A stretch of 64,000 nucleotides of DNA from Ignavibacteriales bacterium (GTDB lineage: Bacteria > Bacteroidota > Ignavibacteria > Ignavibacteriales > Melioribacteraceae). The notes under the pieces were generated by a model. It had not been told where the DNA came from, did no database searches, and was given only the letters and a program-made list of their open reading frames with translations. The position numbers were made by a program, and so were the translations under genes. Below, piece after piece: positions 41,221-50,552 of the stretch (its first letter is position 1; every line of letters begins with the position of its first letter). Where the stretch lies: NCBI GenBank assembly GCA_016177735.1, contig JACOUS010000026.1:2375-66374 (forward strand), written 5' to 3'.

Positions 41221-41249
41221 AAAAAATAAAACCCGGCAGAACCGGGTTT
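41221..41249 (-). terminator. Rho-independent terminator-like hairpin after rny, abutting the coaE start codon
   Basis: Minus strand AAACCCGG-TTCTG-CCGGGTTT followed by TATTTTTT and then ATG. Confidence 0.6.
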
Positions 41250-41255
41250 GTAATT

Positions 41256-42824
41256 TTATTTTGCGTAAGAAATTTTCCGCACTTCCCGAATAACCATCAC
41301 TTTTATTTGCCCGGGATATTCCATCTCTTCCTGAATCTTCGTTGCAATTTCATACGAGAGACGATCAGCAACAGCATCATCAACTTTATCGGGTTCAACA
41401 ACAACTCTCACTTCTCTACCGGCTTGAATAGCGTAAGTCTTTGCAACACCTTCGAAAGATTTTGCAAGCGCTTCCAAATTTTCGAGACGCTTCACATAAC
41501 TTTCGAGAGGTTCGCGTCTTGCGCCGGGTCTTGCACCGCTGATTGCATCTGCTGCTTGCACGAGTGCCGCAATCGGATGTTCCATTTCAATATCTTCGTG
41601 GTGACTTCCAACTGCATTTACAACTATCGGATGCTCGTTATATTTTTTCGTGAGATCATATCCGAGCAGAGCGTGCGGACCTTCAACATCTTTGTCAATT
41701 GTTTTTCCGATATCGTGCATTAAACCGGCACGTTTGGCAAGGTTTGTATCAAAACCAAGTTCTGCCGCCATAATTCCGGTTAGATATGCCACTTCAATAC
41801 TGTGTTGCAAAAGATTCTGTCCGTAGCTCGAACGATATTTCATTTTGCCGATGTGTTTAATAAGCTCGCGGTGAACGCCGTGCAGACCAAGTTGAATAAG
41901 TGTGTTTTCGCCTTCGCGTTGAATTTCTTCATCGAGTTCTTGCTGAACTTTTTCTACAACTTCTTCTATGCGTGCCGGATGAATTCTGCCGTCTGCAATT
42001 AATCTTTCAAGAGAAATTCTTGCAACTTCTCTTCTGAATTGATCAAACGCAGAAAGAATAACAGCTTCGGGAGTATCGTCAACAATAACATCAACACCGG
42101 TAGCGGCTTCAAATGCGCGGATGTTTCTTCCTTCGCGACCAATGATGCGCCCTTTCATTTCATCATTCTGAATTTGCACAACCGAAACGGTTGATTCAAC
42201 CGAGTGATCAACAGCAGTTCTTTGGATAGCCTGAACAACAATCCGCTGAGCTTCTTTTTTAGCTTCAGCCTTCGCTTGATCTCTCACTTCCTTTATGGCT
42301 TGCGAAGCATCCGATTTAGCTTTGCTGATCATATTTTCCATCAGCATTTTCTTAGCTTCATCGGAAGTTAAGCCGGCTGTTTTTTCCAGACGGACATTCT
42401 GTTCAGCAATCAAAATATCAAGATCGTTGTGTTTTCGTTCAATATCCTCTTTCAGAGTTTGAACAGTCTTTTCAAGTTCTTTGTTGGTTTTTTCTTTTTG
42501 AGTAACTAAATCAAATTTCTTTTCGAGATTTTCTTCACGAGTTTCAAGTTGTTTTTCGTGGTTGAGCAGTTTTTGTTTTTTTGTATTTACTTCAGTATCG
42601 AACTCTTGTTTTTTCTTCAACCACTCATCTTTAACTTCGAGAAGTTTTTCTCTTTTTATGTGCTTGGCTTCTTTTTCTGCTTCTTCTACAATTTTTTGAG
42701 ATTTCTCTTTGGCAACGGCAACGTTGTTTTTGCCGATTTTAGAATTAATAAACCATCCAAAGATAAAAGTCAGTACTGCTGTAGCAACAGTAATAATTAA
42801 TACCATAAACAAATCCAATTGCAT
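41256..42824 (-). CDS. rny: Ribonuclease Y
   Basis: N-terminal TM, coiled coil, KH domain (MKGRIIGREGRNIR), HD domain (HSIEVA...HDIGK). Start reassigned to ATG 42824, behind GGAGG. Confidence 0.97.
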   Translation of the reverse strand: MQLDLFMVLIITVATAVLTFIFGWFINSKIGKNNVAVAKEKSQKIVEEAEKEAKHIKREKLLEVKDEWLKKKQEFDTEVNTKKQKLLNHEKQLETREENLEKKFDLVTQKEKTNKELEKTVQTLKEDIERKHNDLDILIAEQNVRLEKTAGLTSDEAKKMLMENMISKAKSDASQAIKEVRDQAKAEAKKEAQRIVVQAIQRTAVDHSVESTVSVVQIQNDEMKGRIIGREGRNIRAFEAATGVDVIVDDTPEAVILSAFDQFRREVARISLERLIADGRIHPARIEEVVEKVQQELDEEIQREGENTLIQLGLHGVHRELIKHIGKMKYRSSYGQNLLQHSIEVAYLTGIMAAELGFDTNLAKRAGLMHDIGKTIDKDVEGPHALLGYDLTKKYNEHPIVVNAVGSHHEDIEMEHPIAALVQAADAISGARPGARREPLESYVKRLENLEALAKSFEGVAKTYAIQAGREVRVVVEPDKVDDAVADRLSYEIATKIQEEMEYPGQIKVMVIREVRKISYAK

Positions 42825-42855
42825 TTTTCCTCCATGAAACGAAAAATTTATACAA

Positions 42856-43056
42856 CGCAACTGCCGGCACTTAAATAAAAGTAAAGAACTTATTTCCTAA
42901 CAGTGCGGGAAACCGCCCGACGCTTTTTACTTCCACTGTCCCGTTAAACGGGATCCCGACGAATCGGGATGAGGCCTGTAATACACGCCGCGAGTCGATA
43001 ACCCTTAGGTTTATAAATTATGTTAGTTCTTTTTTATAAAGTGACCCGGCAGTGCG
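42856..43056 (-). ncRNA. ssrS: 6S RNA
   Basis: About 200 nt between zapA and rny, a known ssrS location. Ends pair (CGCACTGCCGG...CAC with GTGCCGGCAGTTGCG); inner stems AAGAACT/AGTTCTT and CCTAA/TTAGG flank A/U-rich bubbles, giving a rod-like fold. Ends approximate. Confidence 0.75.
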
Positions 43057-43061
43057 GAAAC

Positions 43062-43361
43062 TTATGATGGGGTTGACATAAATTTGGATTCGGTTAAAAG
43101 AAGCTTGATCTTTTTGATTTTGTCTGTGGCTTGAATGCTGAATTCTCTGAATTTATTTTTTTCAACAAATAAATCGTACGCGATATTAAGAGCGGCAATG
43201 ATTGCGATTGTATCTTTCGGCTGATCGGGTAATTCTTCTCTAGTTTCTTCCATCATTCGATTAACATACTCAGCTAATTCAGCAGCTATTTCTTGATTTT
43301 CGACCAGTAAAGAATATTCTTTATCAAATATTTTTACTTTGAGCTTCTTTTTATCTGTCAT
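43062..43361 (-). CDS. zapA: Cell division protein ZapA
   Basis: KVKIFDKEYSL, AEYVNRMM, IAIIAALNIA; downstream of pheT. Confidence 0.88.
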   Translation of the reverse strand: MTDKKKLKVKIFDKEYSLLVENQEIAAELAEYVNRMMEETREELPDQPKDTIAIIAALNIAYDLFVEKNKFREFSIQATDKIKKIKLLLTESKFMSTPS

Positions 43362-43392
43362 TTTATGTCTAATCCATCATCTTACATTATAA

Positions 43393-43707
43393 TTATGAAC
43401 GTAAATGATAGTCTATTCTTGCTATCAATTCACTTATTTTGCTTTTTAAAGCTTCTCGATCCTCCAATTTTAATGATTCGGTACCGAATAGATTGCCTTC
43501 ATTAAATAATGACTTACTTACTTTTGATTCAATTTCAGAAATTTTCTTTTTGAGATTATCGTTTTCCCTTTCCAACAAAGTGAGGCGATTGCCCAAAGCT
43601 TGATTTGCTTCAAGCAGTTCTGCTCCTTTTTGAATAAAAAAATAAATCTGTTTTTCGAGAGCATTCAGCTCGTCAATAAACAAATCGTATTTGGAACCCT
43701 CTGCCAA
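43393..43707 (-). CDS. Small coiled-coil protein (ZapB-like by position)
   Basis: Heptad-rich 104 aa between pheT and zapA; TTG start abuts the pheT stop. Confidence 0.65.
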   Translation of the reverse strand: MAEGSKYDLFIDELNALEKQIYFFIQKGAELLEANQALGNRLTLLERENDNLKKKISEIESKVSKSLFNEGNLFGTESLKLEDREALKSKISELIARIDYHLRS

Positions 43708-46107
43708 TTATGCACCTCTAAGCTGCGCATTAAAAGTTTTTTCTACAGCGGTAATTGCTTTTCTAAAATCTTTATCAACTTCTTCTTCAGTAAGTGTTCT
43801 TTCTAAATTATAGTACTCTAACTGAAATGCTAAAGATTTTTTGCCTTTACCTAAACTGTCACTTTGAAAGATATCAAATAACTTTATTTGATGCAACAAT
43901 TTAGAGCTTGCCTTTTTTATCACATCTACAACGCTATCGGCTTCAATATTTTTGTCGAGCACAAAAGCAAAATCTCTGTACACCTTTGGGAACTTAAGCA
44001 GTTCTTTGAATACACGTTTCGAGAGTTCTATTTGTTTTATTACATCCAAATAAAAAACAAATAAGTAAACATCCTGGTTCACATCAAATAGATCATTAAC
44101 TTCCTTTTTAACTTTGCCGCCTATGCCGCAAATGTTGTTTCCGGATATCACAAAATTTTGTTCGATCCATTTATTTTCTTCTTTGTATTTCAGTCCAAAC
44201 TCTTGATATGGAAATAATTTTTGAAAAATACTTAATGTAGTCCCTCTCAAATCGAACAAATCAGTTTGCCTGTCTTTTTCAAACCATTCTGTTTGAATTG
44301 CATGACCAGTTACAGAAATGATCGTGTGCTCGGATTCGGTAAAATCATCGAATGAATTAATTTCGCCGTCCGCAATTTTTTCAAACACTTTCCCGATTTC
44401 GAAAAGAGATAAATTACGCTCACTCACTTTCAAATTATTGGAAATCGCATGGAGCATCCCCGGAATCAGTGACGGACGCAGATGCGACATTTCACTGCTT
44501 TGCGGATTTAACATTGCAATCGGCTTGCCAAATTTGAATGCCGTTTCCTCCTTCAACAATGAGTTGGTAACAATTTCAAAAAATCCAAGTGATGTTAAAA
44601 TATCCCGCAGTTTATCATTGAATGCCGATTGATCAATTTTATCTTCGAGAGTTGTAGCAACTTTGTTCACTTCAGGAATGTGATCATACCCGTAAACTCT
44701 TGCAACTTCCTCTATCACATCAATTTCTCTTTCGATATCGTGTCGGTAACTTGGAACAACTAACCTCAGTTCTGTTTCAGATTCTTGTTCAATTACAAAA
44801 CCCAGCTTCGACAAAATATTTTTTACAGTTTCTTTCTGAATTTCATAACCCAAAATTTTTGTAATTCTGGCAAAGCGAACGTTTGCCGTTCTATTTTTAA
44901 ACTGATTCGGATACGCATCAATTTCACCCGAAGCAATTTCTCCGCCGGCAGTATGCTGAATTAACTGCGCCGCACGCTGTGCCGCAAATTTTGTGATGTT
45001 ATAATCGGTTCCTCTTTCAAATCTGTACGATGCATCTGTCGAAAGACTGAGACGCTTTGCAGTTTTGCGGATTGACGACGGATTGAAAAACGCACTCTCA
45101 ATCAGAATATTTTTAGTTCTGCTTGTTACTTCGGAATTTTCTCCGCCCATAATTCCGGCTATTGCAACGGGCTTTTCTCCATCACAAATCATCAAGTCTT
45201 TTGAAGTGAGTATTCTCTCTTTCGAATCAAGGGTTGTAAATTTTTCACCTTCATCTGCAGATTTAACAACAATTTTTTTACCGGAAAGATTATCGAGATC
45301 AAACGCGTGAAGCGGCTGACCAACTTCGTACAAAACATAATTTGTAACATCAACAACATTGTTAATCGGGCGAAGTCCAACGGCTTTCAATCTTCTTTTT
45401 AACCATTCGGGTGATTCTTTAATTTCCACTCCCGTCACAACTTTCCCAACGTAACGCGGACAATTCACAGCGTCAACAATCTCTACTTTTGCTGCGTCTT
45501 CCGATTTTGTCGATGATTCTTTTAATTCAATCTGCGGGGTTCTTAAATTACGGTTAAAAATTGCGGCAAGATCACGTGCAATACCGATATGACTCAAAGC
45601 TTCCGAACGGTTTGGAGTAATTGCAACATCAAGTATAACATCATCGAAACCAAGTGCTTCAGCAAGCGGAGTTCCTTCTTTTAATCCACTATCAAGAATC
45701 ATGATGCCTTCGTGATTATCGCTGATGTTGAGTTCTTTTTCGGAACAGATCATTCCGAAAGAAACTTCTCCTCTGATTTTTGCTTTTTCTAATTTCATTC
45801 CGTTTGATGGAATAACGGCACCAACTTTTGCAAAAGCAATTTTTTGTCCCTGAGCAACATTCGGCGCACCGCACACAACATTAAATTCTTCTGTTCCATC
45901 GCTGACTTTACAAACGGAAAGTTTATCTGCGTCAGGATGTTTTTTATGTTCCTTTACCAAACCAACAACCATGTTCTCAAAACTTTTCGATTGATCGATT
46001 ACGTCTTCAATTTCCAAACCGGCAACTGAAATTTTGTGAACAATTTCATCGATTGAAATGCCGCTTAAATCGATATAATCTTTTAACCAATTCAGTGAAA
46101 TTTTCAT
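43708..46107 (-). CDS. pheT: Phenylalanine-tRNA ligase beta subunit
   Basis: MKISLNWL, HPDADKL, VVCGAPNV, ITPNR, GQPLHAFD, SYRFERG, EEVARVYGY, RDFAFV. Confidence 0.98.
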   Translation of the reverse strand: MKISLNWLKDYIDLSGISIDEIVHKISVAGLEIEDVIDQSKSFENMVVGLVKEHKKHPDADKLSVCKVSDGTEEFNVVCGAPNVAQGQKIAFAKVGAVIPSNGMKLEKAKIRGEVSFGMICSEKELNISDNHEGIMILDSGLKEGTPLAEALGFDDVILDVAITPNRSEALSHIGIARDLAAIFNRNLRTPQIELKESSTKSEDAAKVEIVDAVNCPRYVGKVVTGVEIKESPEWLKRRLKAVGLRPINNVVDVTNYVLYEVGQPLHAFDLDNLSGKKIVVKSADEGEKFTTLDSKERILTSKDLMICDGEKPVAIAGIMGGENSEVTSRTKNILIESAFFNPSSIRKTAKRLSLSTDASYRFERGTDYNITKFAAQRAAQLIQHTAGGEIASGEIDAYPNQFKNRTANVRFARITKILGYEIQKETVKNILSKLGFVIEQESETELRLVVPSYRHDIEREIDVIEEVARVYGYDHIPEVNKVATTLEDKIDQSAFNDKLRDILTSLGFFEIVTNSLLKEETAFKFGKPIAMLNPQSSEMSHLRPSLIPGMLHAISNNLKVSERNLSLFEIGKVFEKIADGEINSFDDFTESEHTIISVTGHAIQTEWFEKDRQTDLFDLRGTTLSIFQKLFPYQEFGLKYKEENKWIEQNFVISGNNICGIGGKVKKEVNDLFDVNQDVYLFVFYLDVIKQIELSKRVFKELLKFPKVYRDFAFVLDKNIEADSVVDVIKKASSKLLHQIKLFDIFQSDSLGKGKKSLAFQLEYYNLERTLTEEEVDKDFRKAITAVEKTFNAQLRGA

Positions 46108-46120
46108 AACATACCCGAAA

Positions 46121-47113
46121 TTAAAATTGCTTCAAGAAACGAATATCGCTGTCAAATAAAATTCTAATATCATCAATGCCGTACTTGCGCATTGCTGTTC
46201 TTTCAATTCCCATTCCGAAAGCATAGCCCGTATATTTTTCAGGATCGATTCCAACATTTATCAAAACATTTGGATCAACCATTCCGCATCCGAGAACTTC
46301 GAGCCATCTTCCTTCTTTTCCTTTCGGCTGCCACCACACATCCATTTCTGCACTCGGTTCTGTAAACGGAAAGAAACTCGCACGGAATCTATAAACTACA
46401 TCTTTGCCAAAAAATTGTTTGATAAATGCAACAAGCGTTGCTTTCAATTCAGCGAACGTTACGTCTGTATCTACATACAAACCTTCTACTTGATGAAACA
46501 AACAATAACTCTTTGCACTTATCGCTTCATTTCTAAAAACTTTACCAGGCATAATTGCGCGGATCGGCGGCTTCATGCTTTGCATTACTCTAATCTGTAC
46601 TGGTGATGTGTGTGTGCGCAGTAAAAATTTCGGCGTAACAAAAAACGTATCCTGCATATCGCGCGCCGGATGATCGTCCGGAAAATTCAACGCTTCAAAA
46701 TTATTGTAATCGGATTCAAGTTCCGGTCCTTCGAAAACAGAAAAACCGAGTCCCTTAAAAATGAATTTCATCTCATCGAGAGTTTGAGTAATTAAATGAC
46801 GGCTTCCGAGAGTTTTCATTCTGCCCGGAAGAGTTAAATCCAGTTCGGATTCTTTTTCATTTTTTGCTGCCGCTTCAAATTTTTCTTTTGCTTCATCAAA
46901 CTTTGCTTGTGTATAATTTTTCAATTCATTTAAAGCCTGTCCAACGCTTTTCTTTTCAACGCGGGAAACATCCTTAAAATTTTCGAACAATTGCGGTACA
47001 AGTCCTTTTCTGCTCAGATATTTTAGGCGCACTTCTTCGAGGGATTGTATATCGGTGGTTTTCGAAAGGTCGTCATCGAAATCTTTCCGGGTCTCAGAAA
47101 TTTTTGCAAGCAT
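46121..47113 (-). CDS. pheS: Phenylalanine-tRNA ligase alpha subunit
   Basis: HPARDMQDTF, LLRTHTSPVQ, FHQVEGL, FPFTEPSAE, GYAFGMGIER. Confidence 0.98.
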   Translation of the reverse strand: MLAKISETRKDFDDDLSKTTDIQSLEEVRLKYLSRKGLVPQLFENFKDVSRVEKKSVGQALNELKNYTQAKFDEAKEKFEAAAKNEKESELDLTLPGRMKTLGSRHLITQTLDEMKFIFKGLGFSVFEGPELESDYNNFEALNFPDDHPARDMQDTFFVTPKFLLRTHTSPVQIRVMQSMKPPIRAIMPGKVFRNEAISAKSYCLFHQVEGLYVDTDVTFAELKATLVAFIKQFFGKDVVYRFRASFFPFTEPSAEMDVWWQPKGKEGRWLEVLGCGMVDPNVLINVGIDPEKYTGYAFGMGIERTAMRKYGIDDIRILFDSDIRFLKQF

Positions 47114-47130
47114 TTTTTATCCCGAGAATT

Positions 47131-47180
47131 TAAAAAAATACCCTCACAAACTTTTTGAACAAACAGAAAGTTCGTGAGGG
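47131..47180 (-). terminator. Rho-independent terminator between rplT and pheS
   Basis: Minus strand CCCTCACGAACTTT...AAAGTTTGTGAGGG followed by TATTTTTTT. Confidence 0.7.
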
Positions 47181-47186
47181 CAATAA

Positions 47187-47534
47187 TTAGTTCATTGCAA
47201 ACTTAACAACATCTGTAAAGGCTTGAGGATTTTCAGCAGCCATACTTGCTAACAGTTTTCTATTAATTTCAATTCCTTTAGCATCGAGCAGATGTATCAA
47301 TTTCGAGTATGAAATACCGTGTTCTCTTGCGGCTGCATTTATTCTGATAATCCATAAAGAGCGGTACTCTCTCTTTTTAAGTTTGCGGTCTCTGTAAGCA
47401 TGCACAAGACCTTTTTCAACATGGTGCTTGGCAACTGTTAATACTTTACTGCGTGCACCCCAGTAGCCTTTAGCTTTATTCAATAACTTCTTGCGTCTTG
47501 CTTTAGACGCTGCCGAATTAACTGACCGTGGCAT
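47187..47534 (-). CDS. rplT: 50S ribosomal protein L20
   Basis: AKGYWGARS, AYRDRKLKKREYRSLWIIRINAA. Confidence 0.98.
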   Translation of the reverse strand: MPRSVNSAASKARRKKLLNKAKGYWGARSKVLTVAKHHVEKGLVHAYRDRKLKKREYRSLWIIRINAAAREHGISYSKLIHLLDAKGIEINRKLLASMAAENPQAFTDVVKFAMN

Positions 47535-47548
47535 AGTTTACTTTTCTC

Positions 47549-47740
47549 CTATTGTAGCATTATTTTTAATCTTTTCTCATCAGCTTTCGAAACAAGAGTA
47601 GACTTGCGTAAACTTCTTTTTCTTTTAGTTGATTTGGTTGTTAAGATATGCGATTTAAAAGCTTTGTTTCTTTTGATTTTTCCGGATCCGGTTTTTTTAA
47701 ATGTTTTAGCGGCTCCCCTATTGCTTTTCATTTTTGGCAT
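47549..47740 (-). CDS. rpmI: 50S ribosomal protein L35
   Basis: [30 protein letters not shown]. Confidence 0.97.
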   Translation of the reverse strand: MPKMKSNRGAAKTFKKTGSGKIKRNKAFKSHILTTKSTKRKRSLRKSTLVSKADEKRLKIMLQ

Positions 47741-47752
47741 TTGATCACCTAT

Positions 47753-48280
47753 CTATTTTTTCTTTTTACCTTTTTGCGGTGCCAGAATTGTGTGCATCGC
47801 TCTGCCTTCAAATTTTGGTTCTTGTTCAACTTTTGCAACATCTTGAAGTCTTTCGATAAATCTATTCAGCAAAGCTTCCCCTAATCCAGTGTATGCGAGT
47901 TCTCTTCCTTTAAATATCACTGAAACTTTTACTTTGTTTCCTTCTTCAATAAAATTAACAGCATGGCGTGCTTTAAAATCAAAATCGTGTGTATCCGTAT
48001 TCGGATGCAAACGAATTTCTTTTAAAACGCTTACTTGCTGTTTCTTCTTTTGAAGCTTTTCTTTCTTCTGTAATTCATAAATGAACTTGCCGTAATTGAT
48101 CACTTTACAAACCGGCGGAGTAGCTTGAGGTGCAATTTCCACCAAATCCATTACAGCTATCTCAGCTCTTTTCAATGCTTCTTTTATCGAAACAATTCCG
48201 ACTTGTTCTCCGTTTGCGTCTATTAATCGTACTTCAGGCGTTCTAATTTCCTGATTGACGCGATATTTAATCTCTGTGAT
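47753..48280 (-). CDS. infC: Translation initiation factor IF-3 with non-canonical ATC start
   Basis: The frame stays open upstream of the ORF-track start and encodes the IF3 N-domain YRVNQEIRTPEVRLIDANGEQVG. GAGGT lies 5 nt before ATC at 48280. PPVCK and FKGRE motifs present. Confidence 0.92.
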   Translation of the reverse strand: MTEIKYRVNQEIRTPEVRLIDANGEQVGIVSIKEALKRAEIAVMDLVEIAPQATPPVCKVINYGKFIYELQKKEKLQKKKQQVSVLKEIRLHPNTDTHDFDFKARHAVNFIEEGNKVKVSVIFKGRELAYTGLGEALLNRFIERLQDVAKVEQEPKFEGRAMHTILAPQKGKKKK

Positions 48281-48291
48281 AAACTACCTCG

Positions 48292-50223
48292 CTAATTGTG
48301 ATTTATTCTGTTGCCAATCTCTTCGCTCAAATTATTTGCGAACTCTTCAAGTGAAAAACTTCCTTTGTCTCCAACTTTGTGCTGACGTACCGAAACTGTT
48401 TTTGATTCTTTTTCTTTCTCGCCAACAATCAACATGTACGGAACTTTTTGTGTTTCCCAATCGCGTATTTTGTATCCAATCTTCTCATTTCTCAAATCGA
48501 GTTCTACAAAGATATCTTTTGAAGACAAATAATCATAGACTTCTTTTGCGTAATCAAAATAATTTTGCGATACTGGTATTACAGCCGCCTGAACCGGTGC
48601 AAGCCATGCTGGAAAAGCGCCGGCATAATGCTCAATCAAAATTCCCATGAATCGTTCAATTGAACCGAGCAGAGCGCGGTGAACCATGAACGGTCTGTGT
48701 TCTTTTCCGTCTTCGCCGATATATTTCATATCAAAACGTTCGGGAAGATTAAAATCGAATTGAATAGTACTCAACTGCCATTGACGGTTAAGCGCATCTT
48801 TAATTTTGATATCAATCTTCGGTCCGTAAAATGCACCGCCGCCTTCATCCATTTCGTACGGAACACCTTCTTTTTCAATCGCGCGAATTAAAGATTTTGT
48901 TGCTTTATCCCAAAGTTCATCTTCGCCAACTGCTTTTTCGGGTTTGGTCGCTATGTAATAATTCAAGTCCTCAAAGCCAAAAGATTTTAACATATATCGC
49001 GAAAACCTAAGCACCTCAATAATCTCATCTTCCATTTGCTCTTGTGCACAGAAAATGTGTGCATCATCTTGAGTGAAACCGCGCACTCTCAGCAAACCAT
49101 GTAGTACACCGCTCTTTTCGTATCTGTAAACAGTACCAAGTTCTGCCCAACGTAACGGAAGGTCTCTGTAAGAATGAAGTTTTGTTTTGTAAATCATTAT
49201 ATGGAACGGGCAGTTCATCGGTTTGATGTAATAATCTTGTTCATCTATAGACATCGGTGCGTACATATTTTCTTTATAAGTAACAAGATGACCGCTTGTT
49301 TCCCACAACCAGCTTTTGCCCATGTGAGGAGAATATAAAAGATCGTATCCGTTTTTAGTATGTGCCGAACGCCAAAATGTTTCGATAGTATTTCTAATTC
49401 TTGAACCTTTTGGATGCCAATAAATCAAACCGGCACCGGCTTCCTCGTGAATACTGAAAAGATCAAGTGCTTTGCCAAGTTTTCTATGATCGCGCTTTTT
49501 TGCTTCTTCTAAAAATAAAAGATGATCATCAAGCATTTTTTTCTTCGGGAAAGAAATGCCATAGATTCTTTGCATTCTTTTATTGTGTTCATCGCCGCGC
49601 CAATATGAACCGGAAACAGTTAACAGCTTTACATACTTTATTTTTCCGGCATCCGGCACATGCGGACCGGTGCAAAGATCTGTGAAATCGCCTTCATCAT
49701 AAATGCTGATTGCTTCTTTTGTATCGTCAAGTTCACTTATGATTTCGAGTTTGTAATTGTCGCCTTTCTTTTCGAAAAACTTCACAGCATCTGTTTTGCT
49801 CAGTTCGCTGCGCTTGAATGGATTTTTCTGTTTGGAAATTTCCATCATACGATTTTCTATTTTCACCAAATCTTCTTCTGTCAAAACAGAGTTGATATCA
49901 ATATCATAGTAGAACCCGGAATCAATTGCGGGTCCAACACCAAATTTTGCTTCGGGGTAAATTGATTGAATGGCATGTGCCATCAAATGCGATGTTGAAT
50001 GCCAATAAGTTTCTTTCCCTTCAGGATGATCAAACATTAAGATTTCCAGTTCGGCATCGTTATTCAATTTGGTTGATAAATCTTTAATGATACCATTAAC
50101 TTTTGCAACGAGTGCTTCTTCAGCTAAACGATTGGAAATTTTTTGAGCAATTTCTAAAGGAGAAATTCCTTCTTCGAACTCTTTAACTGAACCATCGGGA
50201 AATTTTATTTTTATTGTATTCAT
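48292..50223 (-). CDS. thrS: Threonine-tRNA ligase
   Basis: TGS domain, HSTSHLMA, DLCTGPH, RDHRKLG, KPMNCP, RVRGFTQDDAH, AFYGPKID, HRALLGS. First ATG at 50223. Confidence 0.98.
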   Translation of the reverse strand: MNTIKIKFPDGSVKEFEEGISPLEIAQKISNRLAEEALVAKVNGIIKDLSTKLNNDAELEILMFDHPEGKETYWHSTSHLMAHAIQSIYPEAKFGVGPAIDSGFYYDIDINSVLTEEDLVKIENRMMEISKQKNPFKRSELSKTDAVKFFEKKGDNYKLEIISELDDTKEAISIYDEGDFTDLCTGPHVPDAGKIKYVKLLTVSGSYWRGDEHNKRMQRIYGISFPKKKMLDDHLLFLEEAKKRDHRKLGKALDLFSIHEEAGAGLIYWHPKGSRIRNTIETFWRSAHTKNGYDLLYSPHMGKSWLWETSGHLVTYKENMYAPMSIDEQDYYIKPMNCPFHIMIYKTKLHSYRDLPLRWAELGTVYRYEKSGVLHGLLRVRGFTQDDAHIFCAQEQMEDEIIEVLRFSRYMLKSFGFEDLNYYIATKPEKAVGEDELWDKATKSLIRAIEKEGVPYEMDEGGGAFYGPKIDIKIKDALNRQWQLSTIQFDFNLPERFDMKYIGEDGKEHRPFMVHRALLGSIERFMGILIEHYAGAFPAWLAPVQAAVIPVSQNYFDYAKEVYDYLSSKDIFVELDLRNEKIGYKIRDWETQKVPYMLIVGEKEKESKTVSVRQHKVGDKGSFSLEEFANNLSEEIGNRINHN

Positions 50224-50227
50224 AAGC

Positions 50228-50249
50228 AAAAAAAACGGAGCTAACTCCG
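50228..50249 (-). terminator. Terminator-like hairpin after tRNA-Val, directly before the thrS ATG
   Basis: Minus strand CGGAG-TTAG-CTCCG, then T8, then GCTT ATG. Confidence 0.55.
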
Positions 50250-50256
50250 GTTAATG

Positions 50257-50330
50257 TGGGTTCTATAGGATTCGAACCTATGACCTTCTGCACGTCAAGC
50301 AGACGCTCTAACCAACTGAGCTAAAAACCC
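50257..50330 (-). tRNA. tRNA-Val (GAC)
   Basis: GGGTTTTTAGCTCAGTTGGTTAGAGCG-TCTGC-TTGACGT-GCAGA-AGGTCATAGGTTCGAATCCTATAGAACCCA; full cloverleaf, anticodon GAC. Confidence 0.96.
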
Positions 50331-50385
50331 CAAAAATTGTCTGTTCATTATTAATACTTGTTATTTAAAAAAAATGTTTTGCCAA

Positions 50386-50552
50386 GAACCTATGACCTCT
50401 CCGACGAAGTCGGAACGCTCTAACCAACTGAGCTAAAAACTCAAAAAATTATCTGTTCATTATCAATACTTTTGATTGATGCAAACTATTTGTTTGACCC
50501 CATGATCTCCCCGACGAAGTCGGGGCACTCTAACCAACTGAGCTAAAAACCA
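50386..50552 (-). repeat. Two tandem partial tRNA-Val copies with the anticodon arm replaced by a CCGAC-TTC-GTCGG hairpin
   Basis: Units 50386-50442 and 50496-50552 repeat tRNA positions ~1-57 at periods of 112 and 110 nt and end at the T-loop. About 30 nt of 5' leader is also duplicated. Confidence 0.9.

Noticed and set aside
47114..47186. pheM-like attenuator or T-box before pheS
   Set aside because: The spacer is only 73 nt, has no Phe-rich leader ORF or T-box motif, and holds just a terminator hairpin.
50257..50552. CRISPR array interpretation of the ~111-nt periodic repeats
   Set aside because: Repeats are tRNA-derived and ~57 nt, the spacers are partly homologous to each other, there are only three units, and no cas genes are in the window.
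50386..50552. Functional extra tRNAs (e.g. with TTC anticodon)
   Set aside because: The units lack the 3' T-stem and acceptor 3' strand, and the replaced arm has a 3-nt loop rather than a 7-nt anticodon loop.
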